Source of the DNA: an uncultured bacterium | Lineage (GTDB): Bacteria > Krumholzibacteriota > Krumholzibacteriia > JACNKJ01 | Length of the DNA: 64,000 bases | Direction: 5' to 3' | Assembly (NCBI GenBank): GCA_964440095.1 | Contig: CAYTPZ010000007.1 | Coordinates: 838 to 64,837, forward strand | Shown here: positions 34,610 through 44,334 of the stretch, piece after piece | How the letters are laid out: the number at the start of each line of letters is the position of its first letter | Numbering within the stretch: the stretch's first letter is position 1 | Translations under genes and position numbers: made by a program | Notes under the pieces: generated by a model | What the model was told of the DNA's origin: nothing | Databases searched by the model: none | What the model saw: only the letters and a program-made list of their open reading frames with translations

Positions 34610-35233
34610 CTAATAGTAGCTACCGAAGACGCCGAAGTCGGCGATGTCGGTGGCTCCGCTTTCCGCGTAGTCATGGCAGGAATCGAACGTACCCACGCCA
34701 TTGTAGTCGGTAGCGAATTTCGCGAAGTCAGCGATGGCCACATCCTGGTCACCGTTCAGATCGGGACTATCCACAGCAACACAAACGGGCAGGCCGTTGT
34801 TGATCATGATGTCATAGGCCATGACGTAGAGATCCAGATCGTCGCAGACGATTCCATCACTCAGGTCACCGCTGACGCCACCGTCAATGGTTCCGGGATT
34901 GTCACTGAACTGACTATCACCGTTGGCATCGGTGCCCGCATCGGCCTGGCTGCTCTGACCGCCGGCGAAAGCGACGTCGGCGTGATAGAGAGTCAGATCG
35001 GTGGCGGCGAGGCTAACGGGGTTTCCATTGATATCCAGAATCTGGCAATGGATCGTGTAGTCGTTAGTACCTTCGATCAGGGTCTCACCGCCGCCGGGAG
35101 CGATGGTGAAGCGACCACAGTTGTCAGCCCAGGCGGTGGAGTTGGCGGGATCAGGGATACCGGCGCCGGCCACCACGACCAGGCCCATGACGAAAAGGGC
35201 TGCTAGGGCAAGGGTGGAATTCCTCTTGGCCAT
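34610..35233 (-). CDS. Secreted protein with C-terminal dockerin/EF-hand-like duplicated Ca-binding motif
   Basis: Signal peptide, then SPDLNGDQDVAIADFAKFATDY and HDYAESGATDIADFGVFGSYY. AGGAGG RBS. Confidence 0.7.
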   Translation of the reverse strand: MAKRNSTLALAALFVMGLVVVAGAGIPDPANSTAWADNCGRFTIAPGGGETLIEGTNDYTIHCQILDINGNPVSLAATDLTLYHADVAFAGGQSSQADAGTDANGDSQFSDNPGTIDGGVSGDLSDGIVCDDLDLYVMAYDIMINNGLPVCVAVDSPDLNGDQDVAIADFAKFATDYNGVGTFDSCHDYAESGATDIADFGVFGSYY

Positions 35234-35392
35234 TCATAACCTCCTGAAGATGGCCGCCCCGATGAAATGCTCTTATCTAAGAAGCAGAGGGGCTGAACCG
35301 GTCAAGCTAAGGGTGCTTTGCCATTTATGGAAGCAGGGGAACTTCCAAGATCCATGAGCAGGAAAGCACTGCCCAAGTTTCAAGTGAGCCTA

Positions 35393-35422
35393 ATTATACC
35401 CTGAATCCAGAGGGGGGGTCAA
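35393..35422 (-). promoter_or_regulatory. Strong sigma70-type promoter for the dockerin-like gene
   Basis: Minus strand TTGACC-18 nt-TATAAT. Confidence 0.7.
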
Positions 35423-35448
35423 CCGGGAAAAGAAAGTCAACTCCGGGT

Positions 35449-35796
35449 TTATAGCTCTTTAGCGAGCCCTACGACCCTAGATACGGGCACTGTGAAAGCA
35501 ATCCCCGTTCCACGGCCCTCTAAGGAACCACATATTCCTGGGATCAAGTCCAATAGCTCATCGGCCTTGGATTGCTCGGCAACCGAGAATACAAGGGAGT
35601 GTTCGCTTTGACCACCGGGGAAGAAGTTGCGAAGACCAGCAAATATAGGGATTTCCTCGGTGAGGATCTGTCCCATGCCGCGGGCGTCCAGTATTGTGGC
35701 GCCCGTGATTCCCAGCTCCAGAAAAGCCTCGAGGATTTCCTCGAGTTTGTCGGGATCCAATACGATGATGAACAAAAGGACCATGCTGCTAACCAC
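35449..35796 (-). CDS. P-II-like signal transduction family protein
   Basis: LEEILEAFLELGITGATILDARGMG...GTGIAFTVPV. Alternative ATG at 35784. Confidence 0.75.
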   Translation of the reverse strand: MVSSMVLLFIIVLDPDKLEEILEAFLELGITGATILDARGMGQILTEEIPIFAGLRNFFPGGQSEHSLVFSVAEQSKADELLDLIPGICGSLEGRGTGIAFTVPVSRVVGLAKEL

Positions 35797-35906
35797 TTTC
35801 CGCTTACGACACCCCGCAGTCTTTCAAGTATTGAGGTCCTGCGCAACGGAAAAAAGAGTTTAGACGGCTCAGGATTCCCAAAGAGTCTTCTTTGTTCCCA
35901 AAGCCG

Positions 35907-35935
35907 TTGACACCAGCCACATACCTACTTAGAGT
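35907..35935 (+). promoter_or_regulatory. Sigma70-type promoter of the ABC transporter operon
   Basis: TTGACA-17 nt-TAGAGT. Confidence 0.7.
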
Positions 35936-35968
35936 TACGCGTTCTTCCCCGTTATACCTCGGAGTGCC

Positions 35969-36958
35969 ATGAGTCAGGAACTCAGCCCCCAACAACTCAG
36001 GCAGAGGATGCTAAGGCGCAAGCGTCTGGACGTTGCCAGCGCACTGCTCTACATCCTGCCCGCTGCGGCAATAGTCTTCACTTTCCGCCTAGTGCCCATT
36101 CTTGCCGCTTTCACATTCAGTTTCTTCGAAATCAAGATGGGCGCCTTGGTGGGCTACGTGGGGCTCGGCCACTACTTGAAGCTCTTCCAAGATCCGACCT
36201 TCTGGCATTCCCTGAGCACCACCCTCTGGTTCGTGCTAGGTACCGTGCCGCCGGCGATCTTTGCATCGCTCTTCTTTGCCATGCTGCTCAATCAAAAGAT
36301 ACGCGCCCTGGGGCTCTACCGCATGATCTACTTCATTCCGGTGGTGACCAGCATGGTGGCGGTGGCGGTGATCTGGAAGTGGATCCTGGAGCCAGAGATC
36401 GGCATCCTGAACTATCTCTTGGAAGGTTTGGGCGCAGGTCGCATGGGATGGCTCTCAGAAAGTCGCGGCATTTTCCAGATGATGGCCGGGACCCTCGGCA
36501 TCAACCTGCCCGACTGGGCGGGCGGCCCGAGCCTGGCTCTCATAAGCTTGGCCCTGGTGAATACCTGGAAGGGTCTGGGCTACAACATCGTAATCTTCCT
36601 GGCCGGACTGCAAAATATTCCCCAGCAGCAGTACGAGGCGGCACGAATCGACGGTGCCGGCAGCTGGCAACTCTTCCGTTACGTCACCTGGCCCATGCTC
36701 AGTCCGACCACTTTCTACGTCTTCATCATGAGCACCATTGTGAGTTTCCAGACCTTCAGCCTGGTCTATCTCATGACCTCGCCTCCGGGTGGTCCCGAAG
36801 ATTCCACCAAGGTTCTGGTCTACTATCTCTTCGACAAGGGATTCACTCCTCCGGCCAGCCTGGGACGCGCCAGTGCGGTGGCCCTGGTGCTATTCATCAT
36901 CATCCTCACTTTGACCATTGTGCAGCGGCGTGTGGCCGAGAAGCGCGTGCATTACTAG
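35969..36958 (+). CDS. Carbohydrate (CUT1) ABC transporter permease
   Basis: EAA motif FLAGLQNIPQQQYEAARIDGAGSWQLFRYVTWPML. Confidence 0.93.
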   Translation: MSQELSPQQLRQRMLRRKRLDVASALLYILPAAAIVFTFRLVPILAAFTFSFFEIKMGALVGYVGLGHYLKLFQDPTFWHSLSTTLWFVLGTVPPAIFASLFFAMLLNQKIRALGLYRMIYFIPVVTSMVAVAVIWKWILEPEIGILNYLLEGLGAGRMGWLSESRGIFQMMAGTLGINLPDWAGGPSLALISLALVNTWKGLGYNIVIFLAGLQNIPQQQYEAARIDGAGSWQLFRYVTWPMLSPTTFYVFIMSTIVSFQTFSLVYLMTSPPGGPEDSTKVLVYYLFDKGFTPPASLGRASAVALVLFIIILTLTIVQRRVAEKRVHY

Positions 36959-36967
36959 GAGAGAGCG

Positions 36968-37870
36968 ATGGCAGCAAGAGAAGGCATGATCAGAAGGATA
37001 ACTGGGAGCACGACCATTCACTTGCTGCTCATTGTATCCAGTCTCACCATGCTGATGCCCTTCGTGTGGATGCTCGCCACCAGTTTCCGCGACACCATGG
37101 AAATCACGCGGGAGCCCTACGGTTTCATCCCGCAGATCTTCGCGCCGGGCTTCGGCGATGTGGGCACGCCCACCGAGGGGCAGACCCTCAGCATCAGCCG
37201 CATTTTCGCCAACTACATCGAAGCCTGGCAGAGCGCGCCCTTCGGCCGCTACTTCCTCAACACCATCTTCGTCGCCCTTTCCTGCGTGGTAGGCGTGGTG
37301 GTGACCAGCGCGCTGGCGGCCTACGCTTTCGCCCGTATGGAATTCAAAGGCCGCGACATCATCTTCATGGTCTTCTTGGCCATGATGATGGTGCCCGAGC
37401 CGGTCTATCTTGTGCCCAGCTTTATCATCATGGCGAGGCTGCATTGGCTCGACACTTACTACGCGCTCATTGTTCCCTGGACCGTGAAGGTCTTCTCGAT
37501 CTTCCTGCTCAGGCAGCACTTCAAGACCATCCCCCAGGATCTCTTCGACGCGGCCACCATCGACGGCGCCAGTCGCTTCAAGGTGCTTTGGACCATCGTC
37601 ATGCCGCTGTCGCGGGCGATTCTGGTGACCATCGTCATCTTCACGATTATCGGAAGCTGGAATTCCTTCCTCTGGCCGCTGGTCATGACCCACTCGCCGG
37701 AGATGCGGCCCATTCAGATTGGGCTGGCGGCATTCAGCCAGGAAGAGGGGACCGAGTACGGCCTCATGATGGCGGCCACCACGCTCAGCGTTCTGCCACT
37801 ACTGATACTCTACTTCTTCGCACAGAAGCAGATCATCTCGTCCATGGCATCCAGCGGTCTCAAGGAGTGA
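36968..37870 (+). CDS. Carbohydrate (CUT1) ABC transporter permease
   Basis: FLLRQHFKTIPQDLFDAATIDGA...SWNSFLWPL. Confidence 0.93.
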   Translation: MAAREGMIRRITGSTTIHLLLIVSSLTMLMPFVWMLATSFRDTMEITREPYGFIPQIFAPGFGDVGTPTEGQTLSISRIFANYIEAWQSAPFGRYFLNTIFVALSCVVGVVVTSALAAYAFARMEFKGRDIIFMVFLAMMMVPEPVYLVPSFIIMARLHWLDTYYALIVPWTVKVFSIFLLRQHFKTIPQDLFDAATIDGASRFKVLWTIVMPLSRAILVTIVIFTIIGSWNSFLWPLVMTHSPEMRPIQIGLAAFSQEEGTEYGLMMAATTLSVLPLLILYFFAQKQIISSMASSGLKE

Positions 37871-37871
37871 G

Positions 37872-39143
37872 ATGAAACGCGCACTGTTCCTCTTGCCGAT
37901 TCTTGCGATTCTCCTCGGAAGCTGCGCCCCCGGGCCCAGCGAGGACGAGGTCATCTTCTGGCATGCCATGGGCCGCTGGGAACCTGCCTTGCTCGAACTG
38001 GTGGATGAGTTCAACGAGCTGCATCCCGACATGCCCGTGCGCGCCTACAACATGAGTCGCTATCAGGCCCTCAGTCAGAAGATCATCGCGGCGGTGGCGG
38101 CGGGACAGCCGCCGACCATCAGCCAGGCTTACGAGGCCTGGACCAACGAGATGCGCGCGGCGGGTATCATCGAGCGACTGGAAGATAGAGCTCGCGGGGA
38201 GGCGGGGCTGAGCGAAAGCGATTGGGAGGATATCCACCAGGTCTATCTGGACGAGTGCCGCGACGAGGAGGGCAAGCTCTGGAGCTTCCCCTTTAACAAG
38301 AGTGTACGCACGTTATTCATGAACCGCGATTTCTTCCGCAGCAAGGGCTTTGACCCAGATAAGCCGCCGACCAACTGGGAAGAGTGGAGAGACATGAGCC
38401 TGGCCATGACCGCCGACCTGGACGGCGACGGTCGCAATGACCACTGGGGCACCACGGGTCGCAACTCGGTAACCATCTTTGGAAATCTTCTGCTTCAAAA
38501 CGGCGGCGATTTCTTCACTCCCGATGGCAAAAAGAGCAGTATTGCCGAGCCCGAGGGCGTGGAGGCCATGGAATACATGTGGGAGATGTTCGGCTCGCGA
38601 AAAATGGGATACTCCACTTTCGATTACGCCTATCAGAACGAGTTCAAAGCTGGTCGCGTGGGCATGATGGAAAGCTCGAGCGTTTCCCTGTCTTTCCTGC
38701 GCGGAACCATCAGTTTCGACCTGGGTGTTGCGCCGCTTCCCGGGCGGAAGAAGAACATCGCGCTGATCCAGGGAACGAACCTGGTCATCTTCAAGAAGGC
38801 CACGGAGAAGCAGAAGGCCACGGCTTGGGAGTTCATCAAATTTCTGACCAGCACCGAGAACGCCACCCGTTGGTCCCTGGCCTCGGGCTACGCACCGCTT
38901 CGCAAGAGCTGCATGGAACAGCCCAGCATGCGCGCACTTCTGGATGAGGTGCCGGGCCTGGAAGCATCCTACGAGCAGCTTCTCACCGCGCGAAGCGAGC
39001 CGAGTAATGCCGCATGGTTCGCCGGGCGGAAGTATCTTGAAGAGGGAGCCATCCAGCGCGTCATGCGTGGAAAGGCCGACCCGGGCGAAGCCCTCAGGAT
39101 AACCGCTAAGAAAATCGACAACGAAATAGAGTCGGGATTCTAG
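37872..39143 (+). CDS. ABC transporter substrate-binding lipoprotein (UgpB/family 1-like)
   Basis: Lipobox LLGS-C. Motifs VIFWHAM, PFNKS...LFMN, KATAWEFIKFLTS, SGYAPLRKS. Confidence 0.9.
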   Translation: MKRALFLLPILAILLGSCAPGPSEDEVIFWHAMGRWEPALLELVDEFNELHPDMPVRAYNMSRYQALSQKIIAAVAAGQPPTISQAYEAWTNEMRAAGIIERLEDRARGEAGLSESDWEDIHQVYLDECRDEEGKLWSFPFNKSVRTLFMNRDFFRSKGFDPDKPPTNWEEWRDMSLAMTADLDGDGRNDHWGTTGRNSVTIFGNLLLQNGGDFFTPDGKKSSIAEPEGVEAMEYMWEMFGSRKMGYSTFDYAYQNEFKAGRVGMMESSSVSLSFLRGTISFDLGVAPLPGRKKNIALIQGTNLVIFKKATEKQKATAWEFIKFLTSTENATRWSLASGYAPLRKSCMEQPSMRALLDEVPGLEASYEQLLTARSEPSNAAWFAGRKYLEEGAIQRVMRGKADPGEALRITAKKIDNEIESGF

Positions 39144-39221
39144 AACTGTCGGCCATTGACTCATGGCCTTGCCCTAAGTTCTCACCTTCATCGCTAACAG
39201 CCAATCGCAAATGGAGTAGTC

Positions 39222-40466
39222 ATGTCCCTCAGTTTCGAAGAAAAACTTGACCGTTACGCCGAACTCACCGTGAAGGTGGGTGTGGGTCTGCAAGAGGGAC
39301 AGCGTCTCATGTTGCGTGGAGCCGTGGACGCGGCGCCACTGGTTAGACGGGTGGTTGAGAAGGCCTATCAGGCCGGCGCCAGTGTGGTGGAGGTGCTATG
39401 GGACGATGAGGCCAACGCTCTGGCCCGTTTTCAATACGCTGCACCCGAAACCTTCGATGCCATTCCCACCGCTACGGCCGACGCCTTGCTCAAAGGTGGC
39501 GAAGCCGGCGATGCGCTGCTGGCCATTCGCGCCAGTGATCCCGATTTGCTGTCGGGTCAAAATCCTGATATCGTGACCAAGGTTCAGCGCATGAACATGG
39601 AGTACATGCAGCCCTTCTCCCGGCGAATCACAGGCAAGGAAATCAACTGGTCCATCGCCGCGGCGCCAGTGCCTGCCTGGGCACTGAAGGTCTTCCCGGA
39701 TCTTACACCTGAAGATGCGGTGGCCAAACTCTGGGAAACCATCTTTCGTATTTGCCGCGTGGATCAGGATGATCCTGTGGCCGCCTGGACTCAACACCTG
39801 GACAAGTTGGCTTCCTGGCGCGTCCATTTGGATGCCAAAGCCTACCGTGAATTGCGTTACAAAGCTCCAGGCACCGACCTGGTTCTTGGCATGCCGGACA
39901 ATCAGTATTGGATGGGTGGGCGCAGCGTTTCCAGTCGGAACAACATCGATTTCGTGGCCAACATGCCCACCGAGGAAGTGTTCAGCGCGCCCCACCGTGA
40001 AAAAGCAGAAGGTGTGGTCACGGCCTCCAAGCCGCTGAGCTATGCGGGCACGCTTATCGATGATTTCAGCCTTACCTTCGAAGGCGGCCGAGTGGTCGAT
40101 GTGAAGGCCGGCTCTGGCGAGGCCATTCTCAAGAAGCTCATCGAAACCGACGAAGGTGCTTCGCGTTTAGGCGAGGTGGCATTGGTGCCGCACAGTTCAC
40201 CTATTAGCGCATCGGGTATTCTGTTCTACAACACACTCTTCGACGAGAACGCCTCCTGCCACTTGGCCGTGGGCAAGGCCTACCGCCCATGCATCGTGGA
40301 CGGCGTGAAGATGAGCGACGAGGAGTTCAAGGCCGCAGGCGGCAATGATAGTCTGACCCACGTGGACTTCATGATCGGCTCGGAAAAAATGGACATCGAC
40401 GGCGTTACCGATAGTGGCGAGGTAGAAGCCATCATGCGCGCCGGCGAGTTCGCCTTTGGTGATTAA
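39222..40466 (+). CDS. Aminopeptidase, M29 (AmpS/T) family
   Basis: [53 protein letters not shown]. Confidence 0.93.
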   Translation: MSLSFEEKLDRYAELTVKVGVGLQEGQRLMLRGAVDAAPLVRRVVEKAYQAGASVVEVLWDDEANALARFQYAAPETFDAIPTATADALLKGGEAGDALLAIRASDPDLLSGQNPDIVTKVQRMNMEYMQPFSRRITGKEINWSIAAAPVPAWALKVFPDLTPEDAVAKLWETIFRICRVDQDDPVAAWTQHLDKLASWRVHLDAKAYRELRYKAPGTDLVLGMPDNQYWMGGRSVSSRNNIDFVANMPTEEVFSAPHREKAEGVVTASKPLSYAGTLIDDFSLTFEGGRVVDVKAGSGEAILKKLIETDEGASRLGEVALVPHSSPISASGILFYNTLFDENASCHLAVGKAYRPCIVDGVKMSDEEFKAAGGNDSLTHVDFMIGSEKMDIDGVTDSGEVEAIMRAGEFAFGD

Positions 40467-40468
40467 CC

Positions 40469-40888
40469 ATGAATAGCTATCGCAAAGAACTCTGGTTCAG
40501 CACAGGCGCGCGCCGCGAATTGATAAACATCACGCCTGATGTCGAAACCTGCTTGGCTGAAAGCGGAATTCGCGAAGGACTCTGCCTGGTGAACGCCATG
40601 CACATTACTTCGAGTGTGTTCATTAATGACGACGAGCAGGGTCTGCATGCCGACTATGAAGATTGGCTCGAAACTCTAGCGCCTGAGAAACCGTACAGCC
40701 GCTATCGTCACAATAACACCGGCGAGGACAACGGCGACGCGCATCTCAAGCGCACGATCATGGGGCGTGAAGTGCTTGTGGCCGTGACGGATGGGCGTCT
40801 GGATTTCGGGCCCTGGGAGCAGATCTTCTACGGTGAGTTCGACGGGCTTCGGCGCAAACGAGTATTGGTGAAAATTATCGGAGAGTAG
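40469..40888 (+). CDS. YjbQ/UPF0047 family protein
   Basis: [44 protein letters not shown]. Confidence 0.9.
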   Translation: MNSYRKELWFSTGARRELINITPDVETCLAESGIREGLCLVNAMHITSSVFINDDEQGLHADYEDWLETLAPEKPYSRYRHNNTGEDNGDAHLKRTIMGREVLVAVTDGRLDFGPWEQIFYGEFDGLRRKRVLVKIIGE

Positions 40889-42115
40889 ATGGATTCCTCA
40901 CAGAATCGAATTGTCGCCGTGGATTTGCTCCGCGGCTTTGCTTTGCTCGGTATCCTGGTGATGAATATCAGCAGTTTCGCATTGCCCACGGGCTCCTACT
41001 ACAATCCGCTTGCCTACGAGCCCACGATTCTCAATCGAGTGGTGCACGGAGTGAGTCACGTTCTGGCCGACCAAAAGATGATGGCCCTATTCTCCATGCT
41101 GTTTGGCGCCAGTATGATCCTTCTCATGCAGAAAACCGAGGTAGCCGGTCGCAAATTCGGCGGGCTTCACTATGCCCGCACGGGCTGGCTCTTGTTATTC
41201 GGAATCTTGCATTTTGTTTTCTTCTGGGAGGGAGACATCCTTGCCCTCTACGCACTTTGCGGATTTCTACTTTTCCTCTTCAGGCGCCTTCCGGCCTGGG
41301 CCGGGATCTGCTTGGGCATTCTAGTATTCCTCGCGCCCCTTACCTGGGCGCCATCTCTGCGAGTTAGCCTGGCTGAACTCGACGAGGCCAATGTACATGG
41401 CGTGGAGAAATGGTGGGCGCCTCCGCAAGAAGTCATCGAAGAGGATATCGCAATCTATCGAGGGAACTATGTCGATCAGATTGCACATCGATTCGATGAG
41501 CCCAGTGACAGTGAAGGTGATAGTGAGATCAGCGAGTGGCCTGCCGCCACACTGGCCATTGAGGCTTTTTGCCGCGCCCTGGGTATGATGCTGGCGGGTA
41601 TGGGGCTTTATCGGGCAGGTGTTCTTTCAGGGCAGCGCAGTGCTTCCTTCTATCGGCGTGTGCTAGCCATCACCCTTCCTCTGGGTCTTGTGACTAGCTC
41701 CTATGGTCTTTGGAAGTACTATCAGTGCGACTATGCCTTCCCCTGGTCGCTTAGTCTCGGGCGGACGCCCAATTACATTGCTACGGTTTTCCTGGCTGGT
41801 GCCTATCTGTCCATGATCATGCTCTGGAGCAAGAGCTCCCAGCTCATGAATCTGAAGACACGATTGTCCAGCGTTGGACGTATGGCGCTCAGCAATTACA
41901 TCGGGCAGACCGTCTTGGCTACCTTGATATTCTACGGATGGGGGCTGGGACTCTACGGGCGACTCAATCGTCTCGAGCTTGTAGGTGTGGTGCTAGTTAT
42001 TTGGACCCTTCAGCTAATAATCTCCCCCTGGTGGCTCTCGCATTTCCGCTATGGACCCCTGGAGTGGTTCTGGCGGACCATGAGCCATTGGAAGCGGCAA
42101 CACATGCGGCACTGA
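40889..42115 (+). CDS. DUF418 (YeiB-like) membrane protein
   Basis: RI..VDLLRGFALLGILVMNI, LFSMLFG, VGRMALSNYIGQT, FRYGPLEWFWR. Confidence 0.9.
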   Translation: MDSSQNRIVAVDLLRGFALLGILVMNISSFALPTGSYYNPLAYEPTILNRVVHGVSHVLADQKMMALFSMLFGASMILLMQKTEVAGRKFGGLHYARTGWLLLFGILHFVFFWEGDILALYALCGFLLFLFRRLPAWAGICLGILVFLAPLTWAPSLRVSLAELDEANVHGVEKWWAPPQEVIEEDIAIYRGNYVDQIAHRFDEPSDSEGDSEISEWPAATLAIEAFCRALGMMLAGMGLYRAGVLSGQRSASFYRRVLAITLPLGLVTSSYGLWKYYQCDYAFPWSLSLGRTPNYIATVFLAGAYLSMIMLWSKSSQLMNLKTRLSSVGRMALSNYIGQTVLATLIFYGWGLGLYGRLNRLELVGVVLVIWTLQLIISPWWLSHFRYGPLEWFWRTMSHWKRQHMRH

Positions 42116-42184
42116 TCGGCACACCTCTTGCCATAAGCCAAGCCTCCCCGGATTCCTCCCACGAATCCGACACGGAGGTATTCC

Positions 42185-42844
42185 ATGCTGAAATCCGCCC
42201 GCAAGGGCCTGTATCCCCTGTTCTATACATCCCTCCTCATCTTGTTTTCCCTTCCCTCGGGCAGCTTTGCCGATGTGGTTATCACCGAACTGCTCGCCTC
42301 ACCCGGTAGCGACTGGTCGGGGGACGGCACCATTGACTGGCGTGACGACGAGTGGGTGGAGATTGCCAATCGTGGCGACAGTGCCGTGGACCTCATTGAC
42401 TACTGGGTTTCCGACGAGCTGGACGACTCGCCTATTCGCTATCGATTCAATGGCACTCTGGAGCCGGGGGAGGCGATTTTCGTCACGGGTCAGGAGGCGC
42501 GCGCCTGGCAACTTGAAATGGGACTGGGAGGCGCGGGCCTCAGTTTGCGCAACACCAGCGGCGAAGTTGTGCTCTATCAGGACATTGGTGATTCAGTGGC
42601 GCTGGCCGATGTGATCGCCTACGAAACCTATCAAGTTGACTACGAACGCGCGCTGGGGCGTCATCCCCTCGATAGCGATTCCTGGATGCTCTTTGACGGC
42701 CTCAATCTGTATCACGGTAGCCAAGAACCTGGATCCACGGGATGCTTGCCCTCGCCAGGCCTGATTAACGACTGCGGCGACGTGAGCACCACCGATTTGG
42801 ATTGGGGCAATCTGAAAGGGCTCTACGGACTACCGGATTCTTGA
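42185..42844 (+). CDS. Secreted lamin-tail-domain protein with WGxxKxLY-type tail
   Basis: Signal peptide, VVITELLASP...DEWVEIANRGDSAVDL. Ends STTDLDWGNLKGLYGLPDS. Confidence 0.7.
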   Translation: MLKSARKGLYPLFYTSLLILFSLPSGSFADVVITELLASPGSDWSGDGTIDWRDDEWVEIANRGDSAVDLIDYWVSDELDDSPIRYRFNGTLEPGEAIFVTGQEARAWQLEMGLGGAGLSLRNTSGEVVLYQDIGDSVALADVIAYETYQVDYERALGRHPLDSDSWMLFDGLNLYHGSQEPGSTGCLPSPGLINDCGDVSTTDLDWGNLKGLYGLPDS

Positions 42845-42846
42845 TT

Positions 42847-42870
42847 GCGGGGGAAAGCTAGTCTTTCCCC
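42847..42870. terminator. Possible terminator hairpin after the lamin-tail gene
   Basis: GGGGAAAG-CTAGT-CTTTCCCC stem-loop, but no clear U-tract. Confidence 0.4.
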
Positions 42871-42887
42871 ATCCGATGGCAATGCAG

Positions 42888-42915
42888 GCGGCACCGTACC
42901 CGGGTACGGTGCCGC
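42888..42915. repeat. Perfect 28-bp palindrome
   Basis: GCGGCACCGTACCCGGGTACGGTGCCGC equals its own reverse complement. Confidence 0.85.
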
Positions 42916-42964
42916 TTTACATGCAGCCTCCCGCATGCTAGCTTCTCCGCATGCGAGGTAAGTC

Positions 42965-43933
42965 TTGAACTCACAAGCGCTTCCCCAGCTTTTCGAAGCC
43001 GCTTTCGCGGGCGATCGTCGCGCGCTCGCGCGCTTGATTTCTCTCGTGGAGAACGAGGCGCCCGAGCGCGGCGCCATCCTCGATGCCGCCATCCCCAAAT
43101 GCGGCAAGGCTTGGCGCGTGGGTGTAACAGGCCCTCCCGGAGCCGGCAAATCTTCCCTTCTCGAAGAAATCGTCATGGCCTACCGCGAGCGCAGTCAGAC
43201 CGTGGGCCTCGCGGCGGTGGACCCAAGCAGTCCTTTCACCGGTGGTGCACTCTTGGGAGACCGCATCCGTATGGCCCGGGCGGGGGCTGATTCCGGAGTC
43301 TTCATTCGCAGTCTCGGCAGTCGCGGTTCCCTGGGCGGGCTCAGCGCCCAGACCGAAGCCGTGCTCGATTTGTTCGACGCGGCCGGTAAAGACATGGTCT
43401 TCGTTGAAACCCTGGGTGTGGGACAGGCCGAACTCGACGTAGCCGAATGCGGCTATACCACCGTGGTGGTGCTCGTGCCCGAAAGCGGCGACGGCATCCA
43501 GGCCATGAAGGCCGGACTCATGGAAATCGGCGATATCTTCCTGGTGAATAAATGTGACCATGAGGGTGCGGCTCTCTTGGAAATGGAACTGCGCGCGGCG
43601 CTGGAACTCGGTACCAATTCTGAAGGCTGGGTGCCTCCCGTGATCCAGACCAGTGCCATCGAAGGTCGCGGCATCACCGAGGCCGTAGAAGCTATCGAGA
43701 TGCACAGGGCGCATCTCGATCAAAACGGACAGCTGCCGATCCTGCGTCGTCGTCTGCTGGAACGACGGCTGAGGCGTGCCGTGGAATCCCGCGTAAGGGA
43801 TGCCATCTGGGCAGATTCGAATCGTGCAGCCAGGCTGGAACTGACCCTTGATAAGCTGCTGGCCGGAGGAGTAGGCTTCGAGGACAGCCTTCGCGCCCTT
43901 CTGCCCGAAGGGCTGGATGGAGAGGAATCGTGA
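42965..43933 (+). CDS. meaB: Methylmalonyl-CoA mutase-associated GTPase MeaB/ArgK
   Basis: [55 protein letters not shown]. Confidence 0.93.
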   Translation: MNSQALPQLFEAAFAGDRRALARLISLVENEAPERGAILDAAIPKCGKAWRVGVTGPPGAGKSSLLEEIVMAYRERSQTVGLAAVDPSSPFTGGALLGDRIRMARAGADSGVFIRSLGSRGSLGGLSAQTEAVLDLFDAAGKDMVFVETLGVGQAELDVAECGYTTVVVLVPESGDGIQAMKAGLMEIGDIFLVNKCDHEGAALLEMELRAALELGTNSEGWVPPVIQTSAIEGRGITEAVEAIEMHRAHLDQNGQLPILRRRLLERRLRRAVESRVRDAIWADSNRAARLELTLDKLLAGGVGFEDSLRALLPEGLDGEES

Positions 43934-44334
43934 TGGACAGGAAAATCCGCGTACTGGTAGCCAAACCGGGTCTGGACGGCCACGACCGCGGCGCACGCGT
44001 GGTGGCCGCCGCCCTCAAGGACGCGGGCATGGAGGTCATCTATACGGGCCTGCATCAGACGCCTGAAATGATCGTGGAAGCGGCCGTTCAGGAAGACGTG
44101 GACGTGGTGGCGCTCAGCATTTTGTCGGGATCGCACATGAGCCATTTCCCGAAAGTGCGCGAGCTTCTCGATGCGGCGGGCGCGGGCGACATGCTCATCA
44201 CGGGCGGGGGAATCATCCCCGAGGAAGACATGAAAACACTATCGGAGCAGGGCATCGGGAAACTTTTCGGGCCCGGAACCGATACGCGCGAGGTGGTTGA
44301 GTACATTCGCGAAGAAGTCGAAGCAAGGAGATGA
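43930..44334 (+). CDS. Acyl-CoA mutase small subunit, cobalamin-binding domain
   Basis: [12 protein letters not shown] (DxHxxG base-off motif), [20 protein letters not shown]. Confidence 0.95.
   Translation: MMDRKIRVLVAKPGLDGHDRGARVVAAALKDAGMEVIYTGLHQTPEMIVEAAVQEDVDVVALSILSGSHMSHFPKVRELLDAAGAGDMLITGGGIIPEEDMKTLSEQGIGKLFGPGTDTREVVEYIREEVEARR

Noticed and set aside
34540-34612. Possible amber (TAG) read-through of the dockerin-like gene, since a hairpin follows the stop
   Set aside because: The 22-aa extension is not motif-like, no pyl or sel genes are visible, and a terminator follows closely.
35237-35390. c-di-GMP riboswitch in the long 5' UTR of the dockerin-like gene (GCAAAGC word)
   Set aside because: The GGCAAAC..GAAA stem and the rest of the consensus are missing.
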